The position numbers and the translations under genes were made by a program. The notes beneath the pieces were generated by a model. That model worked only from the letters and a program-made list of their open reading frames with translations, was not told where the DNA came from and searched no databases. Below, piece by piece: positions 1 to 13,366 of a stretch of 62,215 bases of DNA (positions are counted from its first letter, which is position 1; each line of letters begins with the position of its first letter). Origin of the DNA: Paraspadella gotoi (Eukaryota; Animalia; Chaetognatha); contig CM119270.1 in the NCBI GenBank assembly GCA_051294375.1, forward strand, positions 21,712,650 to 21,774,864, in the 5' to 3' direction.

Positions 1-213
1 ACACATTTATTACATTTTATCAGCATTGAAATTTAATTTGGGAAATATCTTGTTTGCTTGACACTATCTGTAAAGTATTTCTCAAAATATTTTTAAATGA
101 AAAGCAGAACATTTTTTGCACCAACTTTTTTCCTCCATTAAAAACCGAAAAACGTAGTTCATCAATGGATCATTTTCTGGAAATTGAGTCAAAGCAATGG
201 GTGAGACACACAC

Positions 214-249
<36 letters not shown>

Positions 250-869
250 TTCGTTGCCCTTTATCTATTCGCGACAGTGGCGACGCCGATAATCCTCTGG
301 CGGACTTATTGTGTTAAGTTTAACATTAATGATTTAGGGCTGAGAAAAAAAGGCCACCACAGGAGTTTTAATTGGTTGCATTGAAGACAAAAAATAAAAG
401 AGAAAAAGTAAAAAAAGAAAAATAAAAAGAGAAAATAAAAAAAGATAAAAATAAAAGAGAAGAATAAAAAGAGATAAAATAAAAAAGAGATTAATTAAAT
501 TAAAACCCCAAAATCCTCCTTTTTTTTTTCCTTGAGTTCAACTCGGGTTTTCATTTGGGCCGAGGCTTCAGTTTAACCTTCAGGGGACCACGCCTTGATT
601 CCATCCGGTAGTCACGGGGCGTTTTCAACCCCATTAGCCCGCCAATATTAGCACGGTCAACTACGGTTTGATGCCGGTTTGCACTCCGTGAGATGCCGTG
701 TTTTACTTTCCAAAACAACTTCATGATTTCCACCAAGATCTCAGTCTTTACAAAACTTTTTGTGCGTTTTCAAATCACGAGCTTGCGCAAAATTAACACA
801 GGAAACAAGTCCAAGCAGTTTTAACCTCAAAACAATCAAGTAATTCCATCCAAGAGCTCATTACCAACA

Positions 870-1292
870 ATTACTACTACACGGTTCTACTCTACAGTTC
901 CGGGCCATAGTTCACCTCACAGCTCCATACCACAGCACCATCACAGTTCCACCTTTCACATTCATCACCAAAATTTCACCAGACAATTTCTATTTACTAA
1001 TCGTACCAGTTCTATCCACAGTTCTGCCAAGTTCCCACCACAGTTCCAGACCCACTTTCGATTCAATAGTTCTACTCCACAGTTCTGCCACTGTTCCCTC
1101 ACAGTTTCCCAGACCACAGCCCCATTTCAACAGTTTCTACTCCACAATTCCAACACATTTCCAGACCACAGCCATTCAACAGTTTCTTCTTCACAGTTCC
1201 AACCCACAGTTCCATGACCACAGCACCACATTCAACAGTTCTTGCCACAGTTCCCACTACAGTTCAGACCACAGGCCATTCAACAGTTCCAC
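870..1292 (+). repeat. Degenerate ~51-bp tandem repeat (CCACAGTTC-rich), possibly coding; mirrored at ~11957-12365
   Basis: Recurrent CCACAGTTCCAGACCACAGCCCCATTCAACAGTTCT. The cleaner right-arm unit is 51 bp (17 codons) and reads FNSSTPQFQPHFQTTAP in one frame. Indels break the frame. Confidence 0.7.
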
Positions 1293-1809
1293 GCCAGAGA
1301 TCGTCCCCCGTTTTGAAGCTCCAACGGATACGAACGAAGGTTCAACTTTTTTGAGCGCACGAATACGATAATGCGAATCTCGAGCGACGAGGAAGCCACG
1401 ATTGTCACGTGGACCGGGGCGAGAGAGAGAGTGTCACGTGACGAGGAAAGCGACGAAAAACGCGATGTCACGTTGATTGGCTGTAAGAGGTGTGTCACGT
1501 GACGATGGAATCTAAAAAAAAAAAAACGCGACGTCACGTGGCAAAGGCGAGAATGGTCACTAATTGTTTATAATATCATGGAAATGTCAATAATATGGTC
1601 AATAATATGTCACTTTCATGGTTTCTTATGTGAGTTCAAAATATCACGTGACGACGATAAATTCTCGTGACATACGGATTCGAAATTAAGAATTTATGAC
1701 AGAAAATGAGTTGGATGAGAGAAAAAAGAGTCAAGGGACCGCACTGACTCTTTACGTCAGATGCTTATGAGTGAGGATGATTATATAGAAAAGCCAGTCA
1801 CTCCTTCTT

Positions 1810-1847
<38 letters not shown>

Positions 1848-2489
1848 CTTCTTCTCTCTCTCTCTGCTCCCTCTCTCGCATCCATCCATGGTATGTACCT
1901 AAAGAGAAAACGTCGAGAAGGCAAAACAACGCGTTGTTTTCTGCTTTGATGTTTGTTGTTGTTTCAACATGAAGGATTTGACTGTAGAGGAAAAAGATGA
2001 GCGGAGAAATGAACTTCACAAATCAAAAGAATTTTTGAAAGCGCTCGTATCTACAGGGAAAAAAAAAAAATCACTATTTAAATCACTTCAACTTTACAAA
2101 AAAATAATTGCAATTAATATTATCATTTAAAAAGTAATACAAGTAATTTCTTTCAGGAGCGCTCTTTGGTGCATTTGGGCCTATTGATTGGCCTATTGAG
2201 TATGGCCTATTTGGCCTAGCGAATCTAGGGTTTTGAGCTGTTGTGGGGGTGGCCAAAAAGTTATGTCCACTTGGCTTATACAATTCGTGATATTGCTTTT
2301 ATATTAACTAAATAGTTATCTACTATTAATTTTCTATTTCAAACCGTTTTTTCCCTATTTGCGTTTTTTTGTTTTTAAACTTTCGCTGTTTTCCTCTTTT
2401 ACTTTTGACATTTCACTTTGCGAAAGTAATTTGTCTTCGTTTCGGGGGATGCGTCTCTCTCTCTCTATCTCTCTCTTCTCTCTCTCTCT

Positions 2490-2546
<57 letters not shown>

Positions 2547-5500
2547 TCGCAACGTTGCTTTTCAACTGTATAAAATTAGCGGATTTTAGCGCAACAAGAA
2601 AATCTTCCTCTATATTGTTTCTCAGGAAGAAGAAATCAGGACAAGAATAGAAAAAAAAAAGTAAGAAAAATTTTTGAAAAAAAAAATAAATTAAAAAAAA
2701 ATATTAAAGCTGGATTTAATGCAGTAATCCATTAGGCAAAAGAGAAGCCACTTTCTTTCTAGAAATAAAAACAGATTTTCTCTCATTGGCAGCGCATTTA
2801 TATATTGAAGATATTTCTTTTTAATTTTTTTTTCCGTCTGTCTTTTGTCTGTCTCTCCTTTCTGCCTGTCAGTCGTCTATAGACTTCTAAATAAGTAAAG
2901 ATTTCGAAAGTAGAATTTCATCTAGTTTTTCTGCACGGTCCAAAATAATCCGCACAGGAAAGAAATCAGCTCAACGAATCCAAAACGCATTTTCTCTAAG
3001 GCGTCAGGGATTCTAGATTATCTTTTCTATTCGTTTCCACACAATTTTTCATCTGATGGCCGATATATCCTGAAGACAGCGCGCGGTCTCGTGCATCATG
3101 GTCGCGCCTAATTATTATTTCGCCTGTCCGAGTATTCACCACATGCCCGCAATTATCCTTCCATGCCCAAGCTGCGCCCATGCCCGCCTTACTTCCATGG
3201 CTCGAACCATAGCGCAAGACAATATCGCTCGCCCCCTGCTTGACCTTTCCGCCGCGGAAGGCGATTCATGCTGACGGCGAAACCGAGCGAAAAAAATGAT
3301 GATTCTCGAGAGAGCAAGAGGTCCTTTAAGGTTTGGGTTTGATTGCCATGGCCCTCATGCCTGTGGGCTAGATAGCTCGGTGTCAAATGTCGTTTAGAGT
3401 CGATTGTGAGGATGATTGATTTTGAGCCTGACCATTGTGAATTGAAGTTTTGTCCTCATGCCTGTCCAATTTCTGTTGGTATTGTGTTTATTGGCTTACC
3501 TTAAGCTTGGGCTTATCCCTTAAGCTTTGGGCTTTAATAGCTTGGGACTATGAGTTGCATTAATGAATTGATCTAAAGTCTTATGACTTTGGCCTTTTGA
3601 CCTGGCCTAATGCTTGGCCCTTTGCCTTTCAGCACCTAATGCCTTGGCCTTGTTATCTTAGTCTGTTAGCATTGATGCTCTCGCCTATTCCGTTACTACC
3701 TGATATTCCGAGTTCAACGCCTGATCACCCCCCTGCATCTCTTTGTTTTTCTCCGTCCACAACGCCCACATTGGTCGATGACGTCGTCGTCGTCATCGAG
3801 CGTCATGGTCACGTTGGTCGACGTCGTCGTCGGTCGCTCAAATCGCTCGTCAGCAAAAACGTATAAACTGCCAGAATCAAGAACAACATTTGCCTTCAGA
3901 TTTTACGATCGCCTTTTGTCTTCATTCCACCCACAAATCCACTCCCCACAACATCTCCCTATATTTTCCTCTCCACATCCACTTCACGATTGATGCTCAC
4001 ACCACGCACTCAATGCAGACGATGTCTGGGATCAAAGCGAAGGCACCGAAGGCGGAAATGTTTATTGAACGATTTCTTAAAATCTCAATAAGTTAATCTG
4101 GCATTTTAACAATATTTTGTTAATAAGACAAATCAATGCCGTTACATTTCTTATTTTCATCAGACAATGAATAGCCTTTAGCCCGAGCCAATCAGATACT
4201 GGTTGCCTAAACTAATCAGCATCTTATAAGTCTATCAAACCATTATGCCATTTTTCGATTCTCCAGCAATCAGTAGCCTCGATGGCTCCATCCAATCAGA
4301 AAATTCTTTGCCATTTTTTCTTTTGTTTGAGCAAAGACCAAAGGAATTTTTTTCTTCTCCTCTCCTTCTTGAAACGCGCGATTATATTTTTAAGAGGGAT
4401 GGAGAGAGAGAGAGGAGAGCAGAGAGATAGATGAGAGAGAGAGAGAGATAAGAGAGAGAAGAGAGAGAAAACGAGAAAGAGAGAGAGAGGAGAAAGCTCT
4501 CGCTCTCCTGGGCCACTTCCCGTTTCCGTTTTTATGTTACCCTTTTCCCATCGTTAATTCCTCGCTTCCACGTAGATTATTTGTTCTCCGCGCAAAAATC
4601 GAGGGAGAAAAAAAGAAAAAAAAGAAAAAAAAAACTAGAGAAAGGATTATGAGTAAGAAAGCGTTATACCCCTGACAGTTTGTATCGGTATCCATGACAA
4701 CCTTCGACGAAACAACGAGATAACATGCTTACTTTTGACGGAATGAGCGCTAACTATTATGAACGTGATGTTTCATCTTTCAGATCTAAGACGTATTTAA
4801 AAGAATAAAAGAAACAAAAGGAAAACTGAAAAAACATTTAATGATTCTAAACGTGCCTAAGTAAAATTAATCGAATAATTTTTATATTGTTGTACCATTT
4901 CACAGAAGATATATTTGGCGTAACAATCTATCAATATTATGCAGTCAATATTAATTATTAAGAGGAAGAGAGAATAACTTTGATACTCCAATAGGCTACA
5001 GAACGATTGAGACAAGTTAATAAATTAAAAAACCGCGGGAAATAGCAAAGCCAAAACTGAAAATGAAAGAAAATGATTCTAATGACATGCCATGTTAAAT
5101 TTATTAAAAGTAAATTAAAATTTCAATAAATGTATAAATTATAAATAATGAATATTAATATTATAATGTATAATAATTAATAAAATAAATATAAATATTA
5201 TTTCCACATCTCGAAAACTAACCTATGGAGAAAGATTCCTTACTCTTTGTTATTTTTTTTTCTTTTTTGTTTTTTTAATTTTTTGCTCTCGTTTGCATCT
5301 TCTGTCGTTTTACTTTTTTTAGTTCTTTTTTTCAATTCTCCTTTACTTTTTTTCATTTATTTATCTCATTTTTTTCTCCTTTTCTCTTTCTTTTTTCTTT
5401 AGTTTTTTCTTTTCTTTCTTTCTTCATTTTTTGTTTTTCTTTCTCTCTTTCATTCTTTCTTTCTCTTTCTCTTTCAATTTTCTTTATGTTCTTTCTCCTT

Positions 5501-6530
5501 TTACTTCAGAAAAAGTTAAACGTAACGAAAACGGCGACGAGAAGTGAAAGGTTCAAAATAGAACCATTCATTTCTTTTATTCTTTCTCTTCTCTCTCTCC
5601 TTCTCTCTCTCTCTCTCTCTCTCTCTCCTCATCTCCTCTCGTCGTCGTCTCTCCTCTACTCTCATCTTCTCTCTCGACCCCAAACCTTACTTCCACATTC
5701 TCATCTACCTATAATACGATAGAGTGACTTATCTCTGAAAACCTAATAATAGAAAAATTTCCACCGAAATCGCCGACTAGCGCCGATATGAAAGGTAACC
5801 GCGAAAACTTTCTTTCTTTTCTTTTCTCCTTTTCTTTTCTTTTATTCATTTCTTTCTTCCTTTTTCATTTTTTTTTTCCTCTTTTTTCTTTTTCTCTTTA
5901 TTTTCTTATTCTTTTTTCTTTCTTTTCTTTTTCTCCTTTTCTTTTCCTATTTCTATCTTTTCTTTCTTTTCATTTTTCTTCTAATTTTCTTTCACATTCT
6001 TTTCTTTCTTTTCTCGTTTCTTTTTCTTTTCTTTTCTTTTCTTTTTTTATCTTTCTTTTCTTTTCTTTTTCTTTTTTCATTTTTTCCTTTATTTTCTTTT
6101 TCAATTCTTTTCTTTTTCTTTTTTTTTTAATTTTCTTTTGTTTTCTTTTCTTTTCTTTCTTTCTTTTCTCTTCTCTCTTCTACTTCCTTTACTTATTTTT
6201 TATTTGTTTTACTTTTGTTTTCTTTTCTTTCTTTTTATTTTTTTCTTTAATTTTCTTTTCTTCTTATTTTCTCCTTTTTTTCGATTTACTCTCTACTGTG
6301 ACTTTCCTTTTCTTACTTCTTCTTCTTTAATATTCATCCTTTGTCTTTGTTTTCTGTCTTTTTTATCTTTGTTTTAATGTTAATTCCGTCTTTTAAATTT
6401 TTATTCTTTGTCTTCCTCATTTTACCTTCTTGCTCTTTATATACAATCAATAGATACTTATATGTCTCCACGACTTTATCATTCATTACTAATTTCTCTC
6501 TTCTCTCTTTCTTTCTCTCTCCTCTCTCTC

Positions 6531-6564
<34 letters not shown>

Positions 6565-7788
6565 TCTCTCGTCATCTCTCTCTACTTCTCTCTTGACTCT
6601 CTCTCTCTCTCCACTTTGAGATATTATCTTTTCTCCTTCATTTTCTCTTCCTGCCGAGATTTTTTCAAACACCAAAAACGATTTTGGAAGAAAGGCAAAC
6701 GAAAATCATCCTTAGAGACTCTTTTTTATCCCTCTTGTCCTCTAGTTCTCTTCTCTCTCTCTCTCTCTCTCTCTCTACNNNNNNNNNNNNNNNNNNNNNN
6801 NNNAGAAAGTAGTAATGAATGATAAAAGTCGTGGAGACAAGAAAACGAAATGATTGTAGTAAAAGAGCAAGAAGGTAAAATGAGGAAGACAAAGAATAAA
6901 AATTTAAAAGACGGAAATTAACATAAAACAAAGTAAAAAAGACAGAAAACAAAGGAACAAGGATGAATATTTAAGAAAAGAAAAGATAAGAAAAGGAAAG
7001 TCAAGAGAGAGAATCGAAAAAAAAGGAGAAAAAAAAGAAAAAAGAAAATTAAAAAAAAAATAAAAGAAAGAAAAGAAAACAAAAGAAAACCAAATAAAAA
7101 AATTAAAAGTAAAGGAAGCGAGAAGAGAGAGAGAAAAGGAAGAGGAAAGAAAAGAAAATAGAAAACAAAAGGAAAAATTAAAAAAAGAAAAGAAAAGAAA
7201 AAGAAATTGCAAAAGAAGATAAGAAAAGGATAAGAAAAGGAAATGAAAAAAGAGAAAAAAAGAAAAAGAATAAAAAAAATAGAAGAAAAGAAAAAAAGAA
7301 ACAATAAAAAAAAAAGAAAAGAGAAGAGAAAAGAAGAAAAGAAAACGAGAAACAAAAAATGAAAAAAGAAAAAGAATAAGATTGAAAAAGAAAATTAAAA
7401 CAGGAAAAATGAAAAGAAAAGAAAAGAATAGAAATAAAAAAGAAAAGAAAAGAAAAGAGAAGAGAAGAAAAGAAAGAAAGAAAGAAAAGAAAAGAAGAGA
7501 AAAATAAAAGAAAAAGAAAAGGAAAAAAAGAAAGAATAGAAAAAAAAAAAAAGGAAAAAAGGGAAAAAATGAAGTGAAAAGAAAAGAAAAGAAAAGAAAG
7601 AAAAGAAAAAGTTTTTCGCGTTAACCTTCCATATCGCGCTTAGTCGCGATTTCGGTGGAAATTTCTATTTTTAGGTTTTTCATGAGATAAGTCACTTCTT
7701 GGTATTATAGGAGATGAGATGTGGAGTTAAGGTTGGGGGTCGAGAGAGTGAAGATGAGAGTAGAGCGAGAGACGACGACGAGTAGGAG

Positions 7789-7820
<32 letters not shown>

Positions 7821-8868
7821 ATAAAAAAGAATGATGTTACTATTTTGAACTTTCACTTTCTCGTCGCGTTTTCGTTACGTTTTAACTTTTTCTTGCAAGA
7901 AAAGAGAAAGAAATGAAAGAAAAATTCAAAGAGAAAGAGAAAGAAATGAAAGAGAAAGAAAAACAAAAATGAAAGAAAAGAAAGAAAAAGAAAAACAAAA
8001 AGAAAAAGAGAAGAGAAAAGAGAGAAAAAAAATGAGATAAAAAATGAAAAGAGTAAAAGGGAGAAATTGAAAAAAAAAAAAAAAAGTAAAAACGAAGAGA
8101 AGAAAGCAAGAGACAAAAAATTAAAAACTGGGAAGAACGAAAAGAAAAAAAAAAACTAAAAGGTAAGGAATCTTCCAGAGGTTAGTTTTCGAGATGTGGA
8201 AATAATATTTATATTTATTTATTATTATTATACATTATAATATTATATTATTATTTATATTTATCACATTTTATGAAATTTTAATTTTCACTTTTAATAA
8301 ATTTAACATGGCATGTCATAGAATCATTTCTTTTCATTTTCAGTTTTGGCTTTGCTATTTCCCGCAGGTTTTTTAATTTATTAACTTTCTCACGTTCTGT
8401 AGCTATTGGGTATCAAAGTTTATTCTCCTCTTCTTATTAAAATTTAATAATGACTGATAAATTGATAATTTGTTAGCCAAATATGTCTTTGAAATTGGTA
8501 CAACCAATATAAAAATTATTCATTAATTTTACTTAGCTTTGCACGTTTGAATCATAATGTTTTTTTCAGTTTCCTTTTCTTTTATTCTTTTAAATACGTC
8601 TTAGATTTAAAGATGAAAAATCACGTTCATAATTTAGCGCATTCGTCAAAGTAAGATGTTATCTCGTTGTTTCGTCGAAGCGTTGTCATGGATACCGACA
8701 AACTGTCAGGGTAAACGCTTCTTACTCATAAATCCTTTCTCTATTTTTTTTCTTTTTTTCTTTTTTTTTCTCCCTCGATTTTTGCGGGGAAAAAAATCTC
8801 GTGGAAGGAGGAATTAAGCGATGGAAAAGGGAACATAAAACGGAAAGGAAGTGGGAGAGCGAGAGCTT

Positions 8869-8916
<48 letters not shown>

Positions 8917-9015
8917 CCTCTTAAAAATAATGCGCGTTTAAGAAGGAGAGGAGAAGAAAAAAAATTCCTTTGGTTCTTTTGACTCAAACAAAAAGAAAAA
9001 AAATGGAAGAATTTT

Positions 9016-9125
9016 CTGATTGGCTGGAGCATCGAGGCTACTGATTGGCTGGAGAATCGAAAATGCAAAATGGTTATAACTTTAAGGATGCTGATTAGTT
9101 TGGCAATCCAGTATGCTGATTGGCT
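9016..9125. promoter_or_regulatory. CCAAT-box cluster (NF-Y-like); mirrored at ~4185-4280
   Basis: CTGATTGGCT at 9016, 9041 and 9116, plus CTGATTAGT at 9091. Confidence 0.4.
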
Positions 9126-10734
9126 CGGGCATAAAGGCTATTCATTGTTGATAAAATAAGAAATGTAACGGCATGATTTGTCTTTATTAACAAAATATTG
9201 TTAAAATAGCCAGATTAACTTATTGAGATTTTTAAGAAATCGTCATAAACTTTCCGCCTTCGGTGCCTTCGCTTTGACTCCCAGACATCGTCTGCATTGA
9301 GTCGTGGGTGAGCATCAATTGTGGGGTGTGGAGAGGAAAATTATATGGGGTGTGGAGAGGAAAATGATAGGGAGATGTTGTGGGGAGTGGATAGAAGGGT
9401 GTGGGGTTGTGGGTTTTGGGTTGTGGGTGAAAGAAGAACAAAAGGCGAACGTAAAATCTGAAGGCAAAATGTTGTTCTTGATTCTGCAGTTTATGTTTTT
9501 GCTGACGACGATGACGACGACAACGACGTCGACCACGATGACGATGACGACGATGACGACGACGACGTCGACCAAGTGGGCGATGGTGGACGAGAAAACA
9601 AAGAGATGCAGGCGATCAGGCGTTGAGCTCGGAATATCAGGATACGGAATCAGGCGAGAGCATCATGCTAACAGCTAAGATAAAAGGCCAAGGCATTAGG
9701 CGAAGGCAAAGGGCCAAGGCATTAGGCCAGGTCAAAAGGCCAAAGTCATAGATTAGATCAATTCATTAATGCAACTCATATGTCCCAAGCTTTAAAGCCA
9801 AAGCTTAAGGTAAGCCAAGCTTAAGGTAAGCCAATAAACACAATACCACAGAAATTGGACAAGGCATGAGGCCAAAACTTCAATCACAATGGTCAGGCTA
9901 AAATCATCATCCTCACATCGACCTAACGCGATTGACCGAGCTATTAGGCCAAGGCATGAGGCCATGGCATCAAACCCAAACCTTAAAGGCCTCTTGCTCT
10001 CTCGAGAATCAATTTTTTTTTCGCTCGGTTTCGCCGTCAGATGAATCGGCCTTCACGCGCGGAAAGTCAAGCAGGGGGCGAGGCGATTGTCTTGCGCATG
10101 GTCGAGCATGGAAGTAGGCGGGCATGGCGCATGCTTGGGCATGGAAGGATAATTGCGGGCATGGTGAATACTCGGACAGGAAATAATAATTAGGCGACCA
10201 TGATGCACAACCGCGCCTGTCTTCGATATATCGGCCATCATGATGAAATAATTGTGTGGAACGAATGAAAAGATAATTAGAATCCCTGACGCTTAGAGAA
10301 AATGGCGTTTTGGATTCGTTGAGCTGATTCTTTCCTTGCGGGATATTTGGACCGTGCAGAAAAACTAGAGAAATTCTACTTTCGAATCTTACTTTATTTA
10401 AAGTCTATAGACCGACTGACAGGCAGAAAGAGAGACAGACAAAAAGACAGACGGAAAAAAAAATAAAAAAAGAAATATCTCAATATAAAATCGCTGCCAA
10501 TGAGAGAAAATCTGTTTTTATTTTCTAGAAAGAAGTGGCTTCTCTTTGCTAATGGATTAACTTGCATTAAATCCACTTTATATTTTTTTTTTAATTTATT
10601 TTTTTTTTAAATTTTTTCTTCTTTTTTTTTCTTTTCTTTTGTCTGATTTTCTTCTTCTGAGAAACAATATAGAGGAAGATTTCTTGTTTGCGCTAAAATC
10701 CGCTAATTTATTACAGTGAAAAGCAACGTTGCGA

Positions 10735-10809
<75 letters not shown>

Positions 10810-11401
10810 AGAGAGATAGAGAGAGAGAAGAAGAAGGCGCATCCCCCGAAACGAAGACAAATTACTTTCCAAAGTGAAATGTCAAAAGTAAAAGAGGAAA
10901 ACAGCGAAAGTTTAAAACAAAAAAACCAAAAAAAGGGAAAAAAACGGTTGGAATTAGAAAATTAAATAGTAGATAACTATTTAGTTAATATAAAAGCATA
11001 TCACGATGTATAGGCCAAGTGGACATAACTTTTTGGCCACCCCCACAAGCTCAAACCCTAGATTCGCTAGCAAATAGGCCAATCTCAATAGGCCAATCAA
11101 TAGGCCAAATGCACCAAAGAGCGCTCTGAAGAATTACTTGTATTTTTTTAAATGATAATATTGCATTATTTTTTTGTAAAGTTGAAGTGATTTAATAGTG
11201 ATTTCCCTGTAGATACGAGCGCTTTCATCTTTGATTTGTGAGTCATTTCTCCCTCTCTTTTTCCTCTACAGTCAAATCCTTCATGTTGAAAAACAACAAA
11301 CATCCAAAGCAGAAAACCAACGTCGTTGTTTGCCTTCTGCGACGTTTTCTCTTTGGGTACATACCATGTGGATGCGAGAGAGGGAGAGAGAGAGAGCAGA
11401 G

Positions 11402-11450
<49 letters not shown>

Positions 11451-11626
11451 AGAGAAGAGTAGAGAGAGAGAGAGAGAGAGTGACTGGCTTTTCTATATAA
11501 TCAGTCTTCACTCATGCATCTGACGTAAGAGTCAGGCGGTCCTTGACTCTTTTTCTCTCTCCAACTCATTTTTTCTGTCATAAACTCTTAATTCGAAATC
11601 CGTTTATGTCACGAGAATTTTACGTC

Positions 11627-11857
11627 GTCACGTGATATTTTGAACTCACATCGAACCATGAAAGTGACATATTATTGACATATTATTGACATTTCCTGAT
11701 ATTATAAAATTAGTGACATTCTCCCTTTGCCACGTGACGTCGCGTTTTTTTTTTTTAGATTCCTCGTCACGTGACACCCTCTTACACAATCACGTGACAT
11801 CGCGTTTTCGTCGCTTCCTCGTCACGTGACACTCTCTCTCTCGCCCGGTCACGTGAC
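11627..11857. promoter_or_regulatory. Cluster of six CACGTG E-boxes (three perfect GTCACGTGAC, USF/MITF-TFE CLEAR-type); mirrored at 1404-1652
   Basis: GTCACGTGAT 11627, GCCACGTGAC 11729, GTCACGTGAC 11766, ATCACGTGAC 11789, GTCACGTGAC 11821 and 11848. Motif match only; function not shown. Confidence 0.5.
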
Positions 11858-13004
11858 ATCGTGGCTTCCTCGTCGCTCGAGATTCGCATTTCGTATTCGT
11901 CGCTCAAAGTTGAACCTTCGTTCGTCGTTGAGCTTCAAACGGGGGACGATCTCTGGCGTGGAACTGTTGAATGGGCCTGTGGTCTGGAACTGTAGTGGGA
12001 ACTGTGGCAGAACTGTTGAATGGTGCTGTGGTCTGGAACTGTGGTTTGAACTGTGAAGAAGAACTGTTAAATGGGGCTGTGGTCTGGAAATGTGGTTGGA
12101 ATTGTGGAGTAGAACTGTTGAATGGGGCTGTGGTCTGAAACTGTGAGGGAACAGTGGCAGAACTGTGGAGTAGAACTATTGAATCGGAAAGTGGTCTGGA
12201 ACTGTGGTGGGAACTGTGGCAGAACTGTGGAGTAGAACTGTAGATTAGAAATAGAAATGTGTCTGGTGAAATTTTGGTGATGATGTGATAAGGTGGAACT
12301 GTGATGGGTGCTGTGGTATGGAGCTGTGAGGTGGAACTATGGCCCGGAACTGTAGAGTAGAACCGTGTAGTAGTATTGTGGTATGGCTCTTGGATGGAAT
12401 TACTGGATTGTTTTGAGGTTAAAACTTGCTTGGACTTGTTTCTGTGTTAATTTTGCGCAGTCGTGATTTGAAAACGCACAAAGTTGTAGACTGAGATCTT
12501 GGGTGGAATCATGAAGTTGTTTTGGAGTGAAAACACGGCATCTCACCGGAGTGCAAACCCGGCATCAAACCGTAGTTGAACCGTGCTATATTGGCGTGGC
12601 TATGGGGTTGAAACGCCCCGTGACTACCGGATGGAATCAAGGCGTGTCCCCTGAAGGTTAAACTGAAGCCTCGGCCCAAATGAAAACCGAGTTGAACTCA
12701 AGAAGAAAAAAAAGGAGGATTTTGGTTTTAATTTAATAATCTCTTTTTTATTTTTCTCTTTTTTATTCTTCTCTTTTTTATTTTTATCTTTTTTTATTTT
12801 TCTCTTTTGATTTTTCTTTTTTTATTTTTCTCTTTTATTTTTGTCTTTAATTCACCAATTAAAAACTCCTGTGCCTTTTTTTCTCAGCTGGAAATCATTA
12901 TGTTAAACTTAACACAAAGTCCGCCAGAGGATTTAATCGGCGCCACTGTCGCGATAGATAAAAGGGCAACGACTTTCTTCGAAGATTAAGAAAAAATAGT
13001 TACC

Positions 13005-13075
<71 letters not shown>

Positions 13076-13288
13076 TGACGTAGGAGTCGCTCATAGTTTC
13101 ACTTTTCGTTTTTGACGCTTGAAACATAATCCAATTTGGACTGTTTAACCCAAGTATTACGCCGCTAAGAAACCCGTCAAAATGATCTTCTTTGTTAACT
13201 ACTATTACCACAACACCGCAATATTTTTAAAAATCTTTCTCCCAAATCCAATTCTAATTAACAACATTTAGGTAGTAACTTTAAATTC

Positions 13289-13366
13289 CACGGCCCCAAT
13301 GTGGTCTACGGTCGTCCTCACGCTTCACGCAGGGTAGGTATCATTGGGGATCAATCCCGACACCTA
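13289..13366 (-). mobile_element. Short dispersed repeat, SINE-like (copy 1)
   Basis: The reverse complement aligns ungapped to 33029-33106 with about 8 mismatches in the first 54 nt. It contains a tRNA T-arm/B-box-like GGGATTGATCCCC. Confidence 0.55.

Larger units (their letters stand above)
247..12974. repeat. ~6.2-kb-arm inverted duplication (arms ~247-6497 and 6804-12974), probable assembly artefact
   Basis: The right arm is the reverse complement of the left throughout, e.g. 251 TCGTTGCCCTTTATCTAT vs ATAGATAAAAGGGCAACGA ending 12972, and 6463 TGTCTCCACGACTTTATCATTCATTACT vs 6811 AGTAATGAATGATAAAAGTCGTGGAGACA. Differences are mostly 1-bp indels. The centre contains a 25-N gap (6779-6803). 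Confidence 0.95.

Noticed and set aside
5788-8116. F/L/S-rich 'membrane protein' ORFs (also 14754-15122, 37502-38926, 44449-45143, 61007-61835)
   Set aside because: Translations of T/C-rich low-complexity DNA in several frames at once.
247-12974. Giant terminal inverted repeats of a Foldback/Polinton-type element or a linear replicon hairpin end
   Set aside because: No TSD or element genes, an indel-dominated error pattern and a central 25-N gap fit an assembly artefact better.
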